64,000 nucleotides of DNA from Escherichia phage ECP2303. The stretch lies in sequence record PP261279.1; one strand, 5' to 3'. The stretch's first letter is position 1. Each line of letters starts with the position of its first letter. The notes under the pieces were generated by a model that saw only the letters and a program-made list of their open reading frames with translations, did no database searches and was not told the DNA's origin. This document shows positions 37,333 through 47,572 of the stretch, piece after piece. Both the position numbers and the translations under genes were made by a program.

Positions 37333-37946
37333 TGGATATTATTGTTCTTAATGCCCCACCAAGTTCTGGAAAAGACCATATCGCAGATCTTTTGTTGGAA
37401 GCTATTCCAAACTCGCATCACCGCGAGGTAAAGGAAATGCTATTCAGCGTGGCAATTAAGGCAGCAGGTATTTCACCACAGTTGTGGAATGCATTCTATG
37501 ATCGCCGCTATAAAGAAGAGCCGTGCCCGTTCTTGATGATCGATGGCAAGCACGTTTCTCCTCGTGAGTGGATGATCCATTGTAGCGAGGCCCTGATTAA
37601 ACCTGTATTCGGCAGTGATGCCTTCGGAAAGGCCAGTGTTGCTTCTCTGGAGAAAGATTTCCCAGAAGGTAAAGGGGTTGTTGTTTACTCCGATGGTGGC
37701 TTCAAAGAGGAGCTGGCATGCCTTAGCGAGTACGCATACAGCACAGGTGGAGATCTGTTGTTGTTCCGTATTCACCGGGCCGGATATGACTGGGGAAATG
37801 ATTCCAGAACCTATCTAAGTCTGGAAAAGAACGGAATAAAAGGAATTGAGTTCGATGTTGTAAACCCTGAAGGTGCACCTTGGGAATGTGCATCGGAGAT
37901 TGTGTGCAAGTATATTGATGCTAAAGAGGCCCAAGAAGAATGTTAA
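37332..37946 (+). CDS. P-loop nucleotide kinase (putative dNMP kinase)
   Basis: 204 aa with N-terminal Walker A LNAPPSSGKD, in the nucleotide-metabolism block. Confidence 0.45.
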   Translation: MDIIVLNAPPSSGKDHIADLLLEAIPNSHHREVKEMLFSVAIKAAGISPQLWNAFYDRRYKEEPCPFLMIDGKHVSPREWMIHCSEALIKPVFGSDAFGKASVASLEKDFPEGKGVVVYSDGGFKEELACLSEYAYSTGGDLLLFRIHRAGYDWGNDSRTYLSLEKNGIKGIEFDVVNPEGAPWECASEIVCKYIDAKEAQEEC

Positions 37947-38533
37947 TCGGAATTGATGTAGATTTGACACTGGTAGATTCAGGAACAGCATGGTGGGAGT
38001 GGTTGGAGCGTTTGTATGGTCCAGCCAGTAAGACAGTTGCTAAACCTTCTAACGGACTGATGTATTACGATCTGTCAAAGTATTGGCCTGATCGCCCCAA
38101 AGAAAACATCATAGGGCCTTTTGATTTCTGGAGTGATCCGTTCCTCTACGACTTTCTTAAGCCTGAAGAGGGGGCTATTGAGGTTATGAAAGATTTGGTG
38201 GCTCGTGGTCACAAGCTTGCATTTATCTCGGTATGCAAGAAAGGTCACCTTGCATCTAAATCAAGGTTCTTAAAGCGTTGGACCAGTGATTTTATGGATC
38301 TGGACGATCACACCCAGGGCCACGGCTTCTACGCCACACATTTCAAAGGTAATGTGGCTGTAGATGTTATAATTGACGACAGGCATGAATACCTGAACCA
38401 ATTCGCTTCACGCCCTGAAGTTATTAAAATCTTAAAAGACACTCCTTATGAGCAATTCGAGGAGTTGAAGGTCAGTGTTGACTATACCACCAATAGTTGG
38501 TATAAAATAGGAAAGTTTTTAGAAGGTATTTGA
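37940..38533 (+). CDS. HAD-family phosphatase (putative 5'-deoxyribonucleotidase)
   Basis: HAD motif I GIDVDLT at the N-terminus; start overlaps the upstream stop. Confidence 0.5.
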   Translation: MLIGIDVDLTLVDSGTAWWEWLERLYGPASKTVAKPSNGLMYYDLSKYWPDRPKENIIGPFDFWSDPFLYDFLKPEEGAIEVMKDLVARGHKLAFISVCKKGHLASKSRFLKRWTSDFMDLDDHTQGHGFYATHFKGNVAVDVIIDDRHEYLNQFASRPEVIKILKDTPYEQFEELKVSVDYTTNSWYKIGKFLEGI

Positions 38534-38534
38534 A

Positions 38535-38735
38535 ATGGGCAGATGTTCTAAAGGTGGCGATCCTGTAGTCAGATACGGTGACTGGCTAGAGGTATATGAT
38601 CTTGGAGGTAAGCTAGTGTATGCCTCCAGGATCACCCAAGACATGTGCTCTGATATGTTTAACAGATACCTTGCATTTAAGGCCAACATAAACCCAGACG
38701 AAATTTCCAAAATTAAAACAAGGAGAGCTAAATAA
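38535..38735 (+). CDS. hypothetical protein
   Basis: 66-aa ORF. Confidence 0.4.
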   Translation: MGRCSKGGDPVVRYGDWLEVYDLGGKLVYASRITQDMCSDMFNRYLAFKANINPDEISKIKTRRAK

Positions 38736-39718
38736 TGCTAAAACTGTGCACTGCAAAGATTATTGCCGACAGTATTTCCGAGAAAGGTAAGCGTATCACC
38801 ACTTTTGAGCTAGAGTATCCTCGAATTATTCACTCAGAGCTTATGACACATCGAGTGTTCAGCCGAAACGCCATGTCTTCTCGTGCAGTTCCTGTCGGTA
38901 AGATGCTGCAGCAGATCGTGGAGAATCCGGCAATGCCAGTTCGCTTCGGTGTAAATAAGCGAGGGATGGAAGATGGTGGGGAACACGATCAAAAGATCCG
39001 TGTAGAGTATACCGACATGGAGTTAACTCCTGAAGAGTTTTGGAAAGAAGCTGCAAAAAACGCCGCGTGGCATGCAGAGAAGTTCGCCCTTGCTGGTTAC
39101 CATAAGCAGGTATGTAATCGCTTAGTGGAGCCGTTTCAGCGCATGAAAACAGTTGTAACAAGCACCGAGTGGAATAATTTTTTCCACCTGCGTTGCTGGC
39201 ACGATGCTGATCCTACGATTCAGATGCTGGCTAATTGTATGTGGGATGCTCTTATGAATAGCACTCCTGAAACCCTTAAACCGGGTCAATGGCACACCCC
39301 ATATGTAGAGCACGTTTATTTGGACGGTGAGTTTAACTACGCTGTACGTGACACAGAAGGGAAGCTATGCATTCTCGATACTAAAGAAGCCCTATCTATT
39401 AGTGCTAGTTGCTGTGCACAAGTATCTTATCGAAATATTGACAGCACGTTTGAAAAGGCAGACAGTGTGGCTAAAAAATTGATTGGCGGGGATCGTATTC
39501 ATGCAAGCCCTTACGAGCACCAGGCAACACCTATGGATCACGATAACGCAATGGAACGTTTAAACTACTACCTGTCTTCATGTGAAATCACACAGGACAG
39601 CTGTGTTTGGCAGGAAGGTGTAACCCATCAAGACCGTGATGGTAAATTCTGGTCTGCCAACTTTTGTGGGTGGGTTCAGCACAGACAGCTGCTTAATAAC
39701 CACTTCATGAAAGGTTAA
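38735..39718 (+). CDS. thyX: flavin-dependent thymidylate synthase (ThyX-like, putative)
   Basis: THRVFSRNAMSSR resembles the ThyX RHR-x7-S signature with the first Arg replaced; 327 aa is longer than a typical ThyX. Confidence 0.5.
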   Translation: MLKLCTAKIIADSISEKGKRITTFELEYPRIIHSELMTHRVFSRNAMSSRAVPVGKMLQQIVENPAMPVRFGVNKRGMEDGGEHDQKIRVEYTDMELTPEEFWKEAAKNAAWHAEKFALAGYHKQVCNRLVEPFQRMKTVVTSTEWNNFFHLRCWHDADPTIQMLANCMWDALMNSTPETLKPGQWHTPYVEHVYLDGEFNYAVRDTEGKLCILDTKEALSISASCCAQVSYRNIDSTFEKADSVAKKLIGGDRIHASPYEHQATPMDHDNAMERLNYYLSSCEITQDSCVWQEGVTHQDRDGKFWSANFCGWVQHRQLLNNHFMKG

Positions 39719-39747
39719 TCCTATCACAGCGATAGGTAACTTTTGTG

Positions 39748-39776
39748 TTGACTAATAGTATTAGATAATCTATAAT
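39748..39776 (+). promoter_or_regulatory. strong sigma70-like promoter
   Basis: TTGACT-N17-TATAAT. Confidence 0.6.
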
Positions 39777-39816
39777 AATGGCTCACTTTGTTGGTGAGCC
39801 AGAAATGGAGACAGAT

Positions 39817-40278
39817 ATGAGTAATGTTATGATTCCTAAAAAGACATTTATTTCAGTTACTTTAGATTTCCTATCTACTGTTCCCGGATTTAACGTTCGC
39901 ACACGAAACGGTCTCCGAGCTGCACTCTTTGCTGTAGGGTTTGATTTAAAAAATATTGATGTTCTTCGTGGAAAAAACGTTCGATGCAAAAATAAGCCAA
40001 CACATTATAGAAAGGCAGATGTATTTGCTGGTGTCATGCGTGCAGACTTTAGATACCCGCAAATGTATAACGGTGTAGATATTTTAGATGTAGATAAAGC
40101 ACCCGATGAGGCAATGCTTGTTCAAGATCTTCCCTATGATATCCCTGTAGAAGATCGTGTTAATGTAAGAAAGTATACAAAACAATCTGAAAAGGCTGAA
40201 GATATTCATATTGTTGATGAACCTTTCAATTTTGAAGATCTGCATCGCCTGGAAAAATTATTCGGTATTGAAAGCTAA
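39817..40278 (+). CDS. hypothetical protein
   Basis: Track ORF 39778..40278 trimmed to the ATG downstream of the promoter -10 with a GGAGA Shine-Dalgarno. Confidence 0.45.
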   Translation: MSNVMIPKKTFISVTLDFLSTVPGFNVRTRNGLRAALFAVGFDLKNIDVLRGKNVRCKNKPTHYRKADVFAGVMRADFRYPQMYNGVDILDVDKAPDEAMLVQDLPYDIPVEDRVNVRKYTKQSEKAEDIHIVDEPFNFEDLHRLEKLFGIES

Positions 40279-40288
40279 GGTGGTGAAG

Positions 40289-40519
40289 ATGAGTCATAAC
40301 TCCAAGTGGAAGGATCTTGGTTTTGCAAGTCGGGCAGAATATGTTGGTTGGCTTTGGTTCAACGGTCTGACAAACGATATTAAAATGTATGATGATGTTT
40401 ACTATGACGAGTATACAGGTAAAATTATAAATATCTCTGTAGAAGAGGATACCTTTGTCCAGCAAGATACTGATACCTGCCTTGATAAATACGTTGATGA
40501 AGTGGAGGAAGCAAATTGA
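40289..40519 (+). CDS. hypothetical protein
   Basis: Trimmed to the ATG with AAGGTGG Shine-Dalgarno; 76 aa, acidic. Confidence 0.5.
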   Translation: MSHNSKWKDLGFASRAEYVGWLWFNGLTNDIKMYDDVYYDEYTGKIINISVEEDTFVQQDTDTCLDKYVDEVEEAN

Positions 40520-42831
40520 TCACCAAGGTAATTAAAAGCAACGGATGTGAAGTGGCATTCGATCCAGAACGTTTAAATAAGGCGGCTATTTTCGGTGACG
40601 ACGGTAACGGCAATTGGTCACATATTGCACTGGATGCATACAAGCGGCTGTATGATGGATGTACAACCAAAGAAGTTAACCAAGCTATTATAGACTCTTG
40701 TGTTAGCCGTAAAGACGAAGCACATTCCCGTATGGCTGGTCGTGTTCTTATTGGTCAGATTTATAAAGAGGCTTTTGGAGGGTTTACAAAGATCCCTTCC
40801 TTACCATCATTTTACAATACCATGGTTGAGAAAGGGTATTGGGAGGATATGGGTTATAGCTTTACCGAGCTAAACACTTTAGACGCTGTTATTGACCACA
40901 GTAAAGATCTCGGTTATGGCTATGCAGTCCTTAAACAGTTTCGAGACAAATACGGGATCAAGGATACTCTTAAAGACACCCTGTTCGAATCTCCACAGAT
41001 GATGTTTATGGGGATAGCGATGGCTGTCATGAAAAATATGCCGAAAGAACGCCGTATTGACGATGTTGTAAAATTATACACTTATCTGTCAGACTTAAAG
41101 ATCAATGCCCCGACACCGTACTTAAACGGTCTACGCACAGGTAAGACAGGGTATGCATCTTGTTGTGTAATAAAAGCTGACGATACAGCAAAATCTATTG
41201 GTGTGGCACGTGAAGTTGCGTACACAATGACGGTTAACCAAGCAGGTATCGGCTACTATTTATCATCAAGATCTGCAGGCGATGGTGTTCGTGGTAACAC
41301 TATTAAACATATGGGTAAGATTCCATATTATCGAGGTATTGATGCTGGGGTTAAGGAGAACAGACAACAATCACGTGGCGGTTCTGCAACAGTATCATTC
41401 CTTGCACTGGACCCGCAGATTGATGAGCTAATCCGTTTGAGAAACCCTATGACTGTTGCTTCAAAAAGAATCAACACCATGGACTACTCCATCGGTATTA
41501 ATAGGTCGTTTATCAACCGTGTGGCTAAGAATTTAGATTGGATGCTTGTTTCTTATAAGCACGCTCCTCAACTGCATGAGGGTATCTTCACCATGTCTAT
41601 GGAGGAGTTTGATGCAGAGGTTGAGCGTATTGCTAAAGATGACAGTATTCCTAAAACATGGATCCGAGCCAGAGATCTTGCTGTTGAACTGATCACGCAG
41701 CGTACTGAGGTGGGAAGGCTGTATGTATACTGGACAGATGAGATGAATAGACATACACCTTTTAAAGATGTGATCTATTCAAGTAACCTGTGTGCAGAAA
41801 TAGCCCTCCCGACAAAAGGCTATTCAGATATGCGTAATATCTTCAAGTACGATGCTGATGATGGAGAGGTTGCATTGTGCTTCCTGTCATCTCTTGTAGC
41901 TGGAAGGGTTACTCCAGAGGAGTATGAGGATGTTGCATACTACACGGTGCTTATGATTGACAATGTTATGGAAATCATGACATATCCGTATGAAAATATG
42001 GAAAGCACAGTTAAAAAACGCAGATCCATCGGGGTTGGCCTTACCAATGTTGCACATTTTATTGCCAGCCACAAGGTTACTTACGGATCTCCTGAAAGTA
42101 AACAGCTCGTTCACGATCTTGCAGAACTTCACAGCTACAGCTTGCATAAGGCAAGTTTACGGTTGGCAAAAGAGCGTGGTGTCTGCGAGTGGATGCATAA
42201 AACAAAATATCCAGAAGGTTGGTTACCAATCGACACCTATAACAAAGAGGTCGATAGCGTGGTGAAAGATCCTTCTCTTAAACAGGATTGGGAAGGGTTA
42301 CGTAAAGAAATCATTGAAAATGGTGGGCTACGTAATAGCGTTCTTGAAGCATATATGCCTAATGAAAGCTCTTCGCTGGCAACAAACACCACTAACGGGG
42401 TTTATCCTGTCCGTGAGCACATTATCTTTAAAAAGTCGCCACAAGGGCAGGTGCTGTTTATCGTTCCTGACTATGATGAGTTGAAAGAGTATTACACTTC
42501 GGCTTGGGACGTTGATACTAACGACATGATCGATATGTATGCTGTGATTCAAAAATTCACAGGTCAGGCAATCAGCGCGGATTTATACATAGACTACACC
42601 AAGTTGAAAGATGGTAAAATTTCAATGAAGGAGCAGCTAGGGTACCTTATCCGTGCCACTAAATTCGGGATGAAGACATGGTATTATTTAAACTCTAGGG
42701 TTGGTGCTGGTGACTCCTTGGCAGAGGAACTTCATGCCAAGAAACAGGCTGAAGATGAAACCAGAAAGAATTATCCTTTGATTGCAGATAGTTCAGTTGA
42801 AGATCCGTATTGCGAAAGTTGTGCACTATAA
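40516..42831 (+). CDS. nrdA: ribonucleotide reductase class Ia alpha subunit
   Basis: 771 aa with an N-terminal ATP-cone-like start (VIKSNGCEVAFDPERL); adjacent to nrdB; likely TTG start overlapping the upstream stop. Confidence 0.85.
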   Translation: MITKVIKSNGCEVAFDPERLNKAAIFGDDGNGNWSHIALDAYKRLYDGCTTKEVNQAIIDSCVSRKDEAHSRMAGRVLIGQIYKEAFGGFTKIPSLPSFYNTMVEKGYWEDMGYSFTELNTLDAVIDHSKDLGYGYAVLKQFRDKYGIKDTLKDTLFESPQMMFMGIAMAVMKNMPKERRIDDVVKLYTYLSDLKINAPTPYLNGLRTGKTGYASCCVIKADDTAKSIGVAREVAYTMTVNQAGIGYYLSSRSAGDGVRGNTIKHMGKIPYYRGIDAGVKENRQQSRGGSATVSFLALDPQIDELIRLRNPMTVASKRINTMDYSIGINRSFINRVAKNLDWMLVSYKHAPQLHEGIFTMSMEEFDAEVERIAKDDSIPKTWIRARDLAVELITQRTEVGRLYVYWTDEMNRHTPFKDVIYSSNLCAEIALPTKGYSDMRNIFKYDADDGEVALCFLSSLVAGRVTPEEYEDVAYYTVLMIDNVMEIMTYPYENMESTVKKRRSIGVGLTNVAHFIASHKVTYGSPESKQLVHDLAELHSYSLHKASLRLAKERGVCEWMHKTKYPEGWLPIDTYNKEVDSVVKDPSLKQDWEGLRKEIIENGGLRNSVLEAYMPNESSSLATNTTNGVYPVREHIIFKKSPQGQVLFIVPDYDELKEYYTSAWDVDTNDMIDMYAVIQKFTGQAISADLYIDYTKLKDGKISMKEQLGYLIRATKFGMKTWYYLNSRVGAGDSLAEELHAKKQAEDETRKNYPLIADSSVEDPYCESCAL

Positions 42832-42835
42832 TTTT

Positions 42836-42857
42836 AAAGGGGCTTCGGCCCCATTTT
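42836..42857 (+). terminator. intrinsic terminator after nrdA
   Basis: GGGGC-TTCG-GCCCC hairpin followed by ATTTTA. Confidence 0.6.
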
Positions 42858-42870
42858 AGAGGTTAGAATA

Positions 42871-43959
42871 ATGGCTGTATTTAATGCTGAGAACACCGCT
42901 CATAAAACTGGTGATTATCCGCTGTTTCTAGGACAGCAGATGGGGATGTACGACTCTATTAACAAAAAGTACCCACAACTGTTTGAACTATATAAAAAAC
43001 AAAAAGAACAGGATTGGGCAGAGGACGAAGTAGATTTGTCACAGTCTATTTCGGATTTCGTAACATGCTCAAAGTCAACTTACGATGTGATGGTGCAGAC
43101 ACTGATGTGGCAATGGGAGGCAGACAGTGTTGCAGCAAGATCTATCATTTGCCTGTTTTCACCATTTATCACCAATAGTGAGCTTTTCACCTTGTTGATG
43201 AAGCAGTCTGAGATTGAGGTTCTTCATGCACTAACTTACTCAGAGATTGTTAGACAATGCCTTCCTAATGCTCGTGAGATTATAGAAGAGATCCAGGAAA
43301 ACCAGAACGTGCTGAGCAGATCTGGAGTTATTGTCAAATATATGCAAGAGCTTGAGGTTATTGGTGCAAAATACCGACTGGATACTTCCAGTGTTGAAGA
43401 AGATGTTGTACGGAAATGTATCCTTAGAGCACTTTTTGCACTTTTAGCTTTAGAAAGTATTGAGTTTATTGCAAGTTTTGCATGTACGTTCGCAGTAGCT
43501 GAGCAAGGTATTTTTGTTCAAGTGGCACAACTTGTTCAAAAAATTATGCTTGATGAAATGCTGCATTCGAAAGGTGATTTTGCTATCATCGATATCCTGC
43601 TTGATGATCCTGCATGGGAGCAAAGCTTCCTTGAGATTAAGGGTGAGTTAAAAGAAATTCTTGACGAAGTGCGGACCAAGGAGTACGGTTGGAGTGACTA
43701 TATTTTCAGCGAAGGAAGAGCGATTATAGGTCTTAATTCACCGTTGCTTAAAGAATGGGTTGACTATAACTGCTCACCGATTTATGATTATTACGACATC
43801 GACAAAGACTTTGTGCCGCCAACAAAAGACCCGCTACCGTTTATGCAGGTGTGGATGAAACCTTCACTGCAACAGACGGCTAACCAGGAAATGTCTAACA
43901 CCGACTACCGCGTCAACACAACCGTTAACGACGCTGAAGAAGAAATTTGGGAGTTTTAA
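42871..43959 (+). CDS. nrdB: ribonucleotide reductase class Ia beta subunit
   Basis: 362 aa, helical protein immediately after nrdA. Confidence 0.8.
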   Translation: MAVFNAENTAHKTGDYPLFLGQQMGMYDSINKKYPQLFELYKKQKEQDWAEDEVDLSQSISDFVTCSKSTYDVMVQTLMWQWEADSVAARSIICLFSPFITNSELFTLLMKQSEIEVLHALTYSEIVRQCLPNAREIIEEIQENQNVLSRSGVIVKYMQELEVIGAKYRLDTSSVEEDVVRKCILRALFALLALESIEFIASFACTFAVAEQGIFVQVAQLVQKIMLDEMLHSKGDFAIIDILLDDPAWEQSFLEIKGELKEILDEVRTKEYGWSDYIFSEGRAIIGLNSPLLKEWVDYNCSPIYDYYDIDKDFVPPTKDPLPFMQVWMKPSLQQTANQEMSNTDYRVNTTVNDAEEEIWEF

Positions 43960-43962
43960 TAT

Positions 43963-44241
43963 ATGAGCTGCGAAAAATCTTTTTTCATCATCATTTACGG
44001 CAAGGATAACTGCCCACATTGTGTAAGAGCAAAAGAATTTGCAGTCAGCAAAGGCATACCTTTCGTATACAAGACGCTAGGTGAGGGATACACAAAAGAA
44101 GAGCTTATCGAGAAGTGTAGCCCATTTGTTCCCAGAACGTTGCCTCAGATCTTCTTGGAAAGCAACCTTGACAGTATCCACATAGGTGGTGCTGACGATT
44201 TCATCTCTTTTGTTAAGAATGGTTTTGGAGAGAAAAAGTGA
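43963..44241 (+). CDS. glutaredoxin/thioredoxin-like protein
   Basis: 92 aa with a CPHC active-site motif near the N-terminus, between nrdB and nrdD. Confidence 0.65.
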   Translation: MSCEKSFFIIIYGKDNCPHCVRAKEFAVSKGIPFVYKTLGEGYTKEELIEKCSPFVPRTLPQIFLESNLDSIHIGGADDFISFVKNGFGEKK

Positions 44242-46358
44242 AAGTTGTAAAACGGGACGGTAGAGAAGAGTTTTATAACGGAATTAAGGTGATCAAGGCG
44301 GCAGAGTCCGCCTTACTTGAGTCTGGACATACTGAAGAAGAAGCTTACCGGATTGCCTGTGCGGTTAATGAAGTTGTTGCCAACAATCTGCCAACCGACC
44401 AGTGCACGATCTCTGTAAAAAATATCCATATCCTTGTTGAAGATGCTCTTATGGATATGGGTTTAAAATGTGCAGCCAGAGAATACATCCAGTATAGACA
44501 GACAAGAGATAATAACAGAGAGGCAGGTGGAAAACTGCTTGCAGATATTAGTGGCTTCTTGGATCGTACTTGTGATGAATTTACAAAAGAAAACGCAAAT
44601 AAGCCTACTAATCATGTACACACTCATCGTGACCTGCTTGCAGGTATCCTTAGCAAACACCTTGCATCAACACAGATCCTGCCAGATCGTGTCTCAGAAG
44701 AGCACAACAAGGGCTTCATCCATGTGCATGATCTTGACTACTTGATCAGCCCGTTAACAAACTGTTGTTTGGTGAATTATCCGGATATGCTGGAAAACGG
44801 ATTCAACATTGGCAACGCCCATGTCAGTAAGCCGAAGTCAATAGGGGTTGCAACAACAATCCTTAGCCAAATCTCTAGTGCAGTAGCTAGTGCTCAATAT
44901 GGCGGTCAGACCATGAGCCATATTGATCATTATCTGGCACAGTATGCTGAAGCAACCTATGAGAAGAACCTTAAATTTTGTCAGGAACATTGGTTGCCAG
45001 ATGCTGAGACTGTTGCAATGCAAATGACAGATAAAGACGTGTTTGATAGTATGCAAACTTTGCTCTACCAAATCAATACGTTAACTTCTGTCAACGGGCA
45101 AACTCCATTCATCACACTAAGTTTAGGGCTGGATACCTCGGTCTTTGGTAGAATGATTACCAAAAACTACTTGAAAGTTCACAAAATGGGTCTCGGTGAA
45201 GAACGGATCACACCTGTGTTCCCTAAAGTGCTGTTCTTCTTAGAGGAGGGTGTCAACATGAACCCTGGGGATCCTAACTATGATTTGAAACGATTGGCAT
45301 TAGAATGCTCTGCAGAGCGGATTTATCCTGACTTTGTTTCTGTTCCGCTAAATCGTAAAGTGACAGGTTCAACAGACGGCAAAGTAACAAGCATGGGATG
45401 TAGGTCGTTCCTTGGAAAATACGTTACACCGGAGGGTGATGAAAAATACCTTGGCAGATTCAACTTGGGTGTTGTTAGCCTTAACCTACCAATGATTGCG
45501 GCAAAAGCTAAGACGGAAGGTATTGATTTCTTTGCAGTTCTTGACGAATACTTGGATCTTGCATACGAGGCTCACCTTGTAAGGGTTAACCGTCTAAAAG
45601 GAACAAAGGCAGGGCAGAACCCTATCATGTGGTGTGAAGGAGCTCTTGCTCGCCTGGATCCTGAAGAGAGTATCGATAAACTCTTCTATGACGGGTACGC
45701 TTCCATCAGTATTGGGTATATTGGTGTGTATGAAACCTGTCAGATTTTGGGTAGAGAGGGTGACAAGGCTTTAGCTCTTGAAATCCTTCAGCACATGAGA
45801 GATGCTTGTGAGCGATACAAGAAGGAAAGTAGACTAGCATTTAGCTTGTACGGCACTCCTTCTGAGAGTCTATGCTATAAAGCTGCAACCTGTCTGGATC
45901 GTGAATATCCGGAAGTGTTGAAGCACGAGCATGAATATCTCACCAACAGTTTCCATCAGCCAGTATGGATAAATAGCTCCCCTTTTGATAAGTGGGAGTA
46001 TGAGGAAGGTTTTGCTATGATCTCCTCCGGTGGCAACATCGGATACGTAGAGACACCTAACCTGAAAAACAACCTGGATGCTTTAGAGGCTCTTGTTGAC
46101 TTCGGGTATAAACATATTATGTATTTTGGTATTAACCAACCTGTGGATAAATGTCTCAAGTGTGGTTTCTCTGGTGAGTTCAGTGCAACAGCTAAAGGCT
46201 TTGTATGCCCAGAGTGTGGAAACCATGAAGAGGGAACGATCAGTGTAATTCGACGTGTGTCTGGATACCTTTCCAGTCCTAACTCCCGTCCTTACAATAA
46301 AGGTAAGCAAGCGGAAGTTATCGAGCGAGTTAAGCACTATGGAAGTTGTAGTTGCTGA
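44238..46358 (+). CDS. nrdD: anaerobic ribonucleotide reductase (class III)
   Basis: 706 aa with a C-terminal Zn-ribbon (CLKCG...CPECG) and glycyl-radical motif RRVSGYL. Confidence 0.85.
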   Translation: MKVVKRDGREEFYNGIKVIKAAESALLESGHTEEEAYRIACAVNEVVANNLPTDQCTISVKNIHILVEDALMDMGLKCAAREYIQYRQTRDNNREAGGKLLADISGFLDRTCDEFTKENANKPTNHVHTHRDLLAGILSKHLASTQILPDRVSEEHNKGFIHVHDLDYLISPLTNCCLVNYPDMLENGFNIGNAHVSKPKSIGVATTILSQISSAVASAQYGGQTMSHIDHYLAQYAEATYEKNLKFCQEHWLPDAETVAMQMTDKDVFDSMQTLLYQINTLTSVNGQTPFITLSLGLDTSVFGRMITKNYLKVHKMGLGEERITPVFPKVLFFLEEGVNMNPGDPNYDLKRLALECSAERIYPDFVSVPLNRKVTGSTDGKVTSMGCRSFLGKYVTPEGDEKYLGRFNLGVVSLNLPMIAAKAKTEGIDFFAVLDEYLDLAYEAHLVRVNRLKGTKAGQNPIMWCEGALARLDPEESIDKLFYDGYASISIGYIGVYETCQILGREGDKALALEILQHMRDACERYKKESRLAFSLYGTPSESLCYKAATCLDREYPEVLKHEHEYLTNSFHQPVWINSSPFDKWEYEEGFAMISSGGNIGYVETPNLKNNLDALEALVDFGYKHIMYFGINQPVDKCLKCGFSGEFSATAKGFVCPECGNHEEGTISVIRRVSGYLSSPNSRPYNKGKQAEVIERVKHYGSCSC

Positions 46359-46360
46359 TA

Positions 46361-46392
46361 CTTGACAAAAGCCACAAGGATGTGGCATATTA
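46361..46392 (+). promoter_or_regulatory. sigma70-like promoter with embedded palindrome
   Basis: TTGACA followed by a spacer containing CCACAAGGATGTGG and a TATTAT-like -10. Confidence 0.4.
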
Positions 46393-46421
46393 TTGGCACA
46401 CAGTGAGCTAGGAGGTACAGT

Positions 46422-46538
46422 ATGTCTAAAGGTATTTATAAAATTTGCAAGTGTGGTTGTCGTTGTAATCTTCGGTGGTGCAAGGCATTAGACGATTTTA
46501 TTTGGCATTGCCCTAAATGCGATGCGGAGTACTTATAA
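46422..46538 (+). CDS. Cys-rich zinc-ribbon mini-protein (38 aa), not in the ORF track
   Basis: TAGGAGGT Shine-Dalgarno 6 nt upstream of the ATG; MSKGIYKICKCGCRCNLRWCKALDDFIWHCPKCDAEYL. Confidence 0.5.
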   Translation: MSKGIYKICKCGCRCNLRWCKALDDFIWHCPKCDAEYL

Positions 46539-46553
46539 GCATAAGGGGTCGAA

Positions 46554-46658
46554 ATGCGGAAATCTATCAAGAAAATCAAGATAAAATTGTTAGCACTGAA
46601 GCGTAAGTATAAAAAGTTATACGGCTTCATCAAATGGACTTTTATAGGTTTATCTTGA
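46554..46658 (+). CDS. small basic peptide (34 aa), not in the ORF track
   Basis: AAGGGG Shine-Dalgarno; MRKSIKKIKIKLLALKRKYKKLYGFIKWTFIGLS. Confidence 0.3.
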   Translation: MRKSIKKIKIKLLALKRKYKKLYGFIKWTFIGLS

Positions 46659-46689
46659 ATAGAAGCACACCACAGAAGAGAGGTTCCTT

Positions 46690-46926
46690 ATGATAGGTGT
46701 CTGTGTAAAAGCTAACAGATGGTTTACATTCGGTAAGGATTACGAAATTATCTTTCATTCGGACAGAGCCACAACAGTAGAAAGCGATGATGGGTGCCAC
46801 TGGTTCGTTAGTTACCATGGTGATGGGTATTATAGATCTACTGATTCCAGAGGGGAAGAAGCTGTTTTCTTGGATAGAGCTTATTGTGGGCCTGAATATC
46901 CTTACCTAAAAGAGGATAAGGAATGA
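46690..46926 (+). CDS. hypothetical protein
   Basis: 78-aa ORF upstream of nrdG. Confidence 0.5.
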   Translation: MIGVCVKANRWFTFGKDYEIIFHSDRATTVESDDGCHWFVSYHGDGYYRSTDSRGEEAVFLDRAYCGPEYPYLKEDKE

Positions 46927-47396
46927 ATGTTGTTAATATTATAGAGTGTAGCATGGTTGACGGCCCAGGCATTAGGACAACGGTGTTCTGTTCTGGTTGC
47001 CCACATCACTGCGTCGGTTGCCAAAACAAAAGTGTTTGGTCGCCAGCTAAAGGGGAACCGTTAACAAATGACACTATTGAGAGTATACTTCACTCTATAG
47101 AGCCGAAACACATTACTGGCGTTACATTATGCGGTGGCGAACCTTTAGCGCCTTACAATATTGAGGGTATGTACTCGATCATTCGCGCTATCCGTGAACA
47201 CTTCGGCAACACAAAAACTATCTGGGTGTACACAGGGTATTTGTTTGAAGAGGTTCCCGATTACATTAAAGATAGTGTCGATTACATTATGGATGGTAAG
47301 TACGAAAAAGATAACCCAACCAAAAAACCCTTCAGAGGTAGTGATAACCAAAGAATGTTTAAAAAGGTAGCAGGTGGTTGGGTTCAGGTTGACTAA
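46923..47396 (+). CDS. nrdG: anaerobic ribonucleotide reductase activating protein (radical SAM)
   Basis: 157 aa with Cys cluster CSGCPHHCVGC near the N-terminus. Confidence 0.8.
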   Translation: MNVVNIIECSMVDGPGIRTTVFCSGCPHHCVGCQNKSVWSPAKGEPLTNDTIESILHSIEPKHITGVTLCGGEPLAPYNIEGMYSIIRAIREHFGNTKTIWVYTGYLFEEVPDYIKDSVDYIMDGKYEKDNPTKKPFRGSDNQRMFKKVAGGWVQVD

Positions 47397-47399
47397 TTG

Positions 47400-47429
47400 T
47401 TGACAAAGTTTTGTTAAGTTGGTTATAAT
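47400..47429 (+). promoter_or_regulatory. sigma70-like promoter
   Basis: TTGACA-N18-TATAAT. Confidence 0.55.
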
Positions 47430-47458
47430 TAGCGTAATGAAAGCAGAGGAGGTGCCAA

Positions 47459-47572
47459 ATGGCTAAAAAAGCCTTGAAGAAGGCGTACAAGAAAGAGATT
47501 GCGCTTGAGCTTAAGAAAAAACACAAGCGTGAAAAGAAACATCATGAAGATGAAGAGGGGGTGCAACAGTGA
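47459..47572 (+). CDS. small Lys-rich protein (37 aa), not in the ORF track
   Basis: GAGGAGGTG Shine-Dalgarno; MAKKALKKAYKKEIALELKKKHKREKKHHEDEEGVQQ. Confidence 0.5.
   Translation: MAKKALKKAYKKEIALELKKKHKREKKHHEDEEGVQQ

Noticed and set aside
39721-39735. CTATCACAGCGATAG palindrome as another TATCAC-type operator
   Set aside because: It sits right after the thyX-like stop and is followed by a T-rich tract, so it is more simply a terminator hairpin; not counted among the operator-like sites.
40516-46358. Inteins or introns interrupting the ribonucleotide reductase genes
   Set aside because: nrdA (771 aa), nrdB (362 aa) and nrdD (706 aa) are near the normal lengths for uninterrupted enzymes and read as continuous frames.
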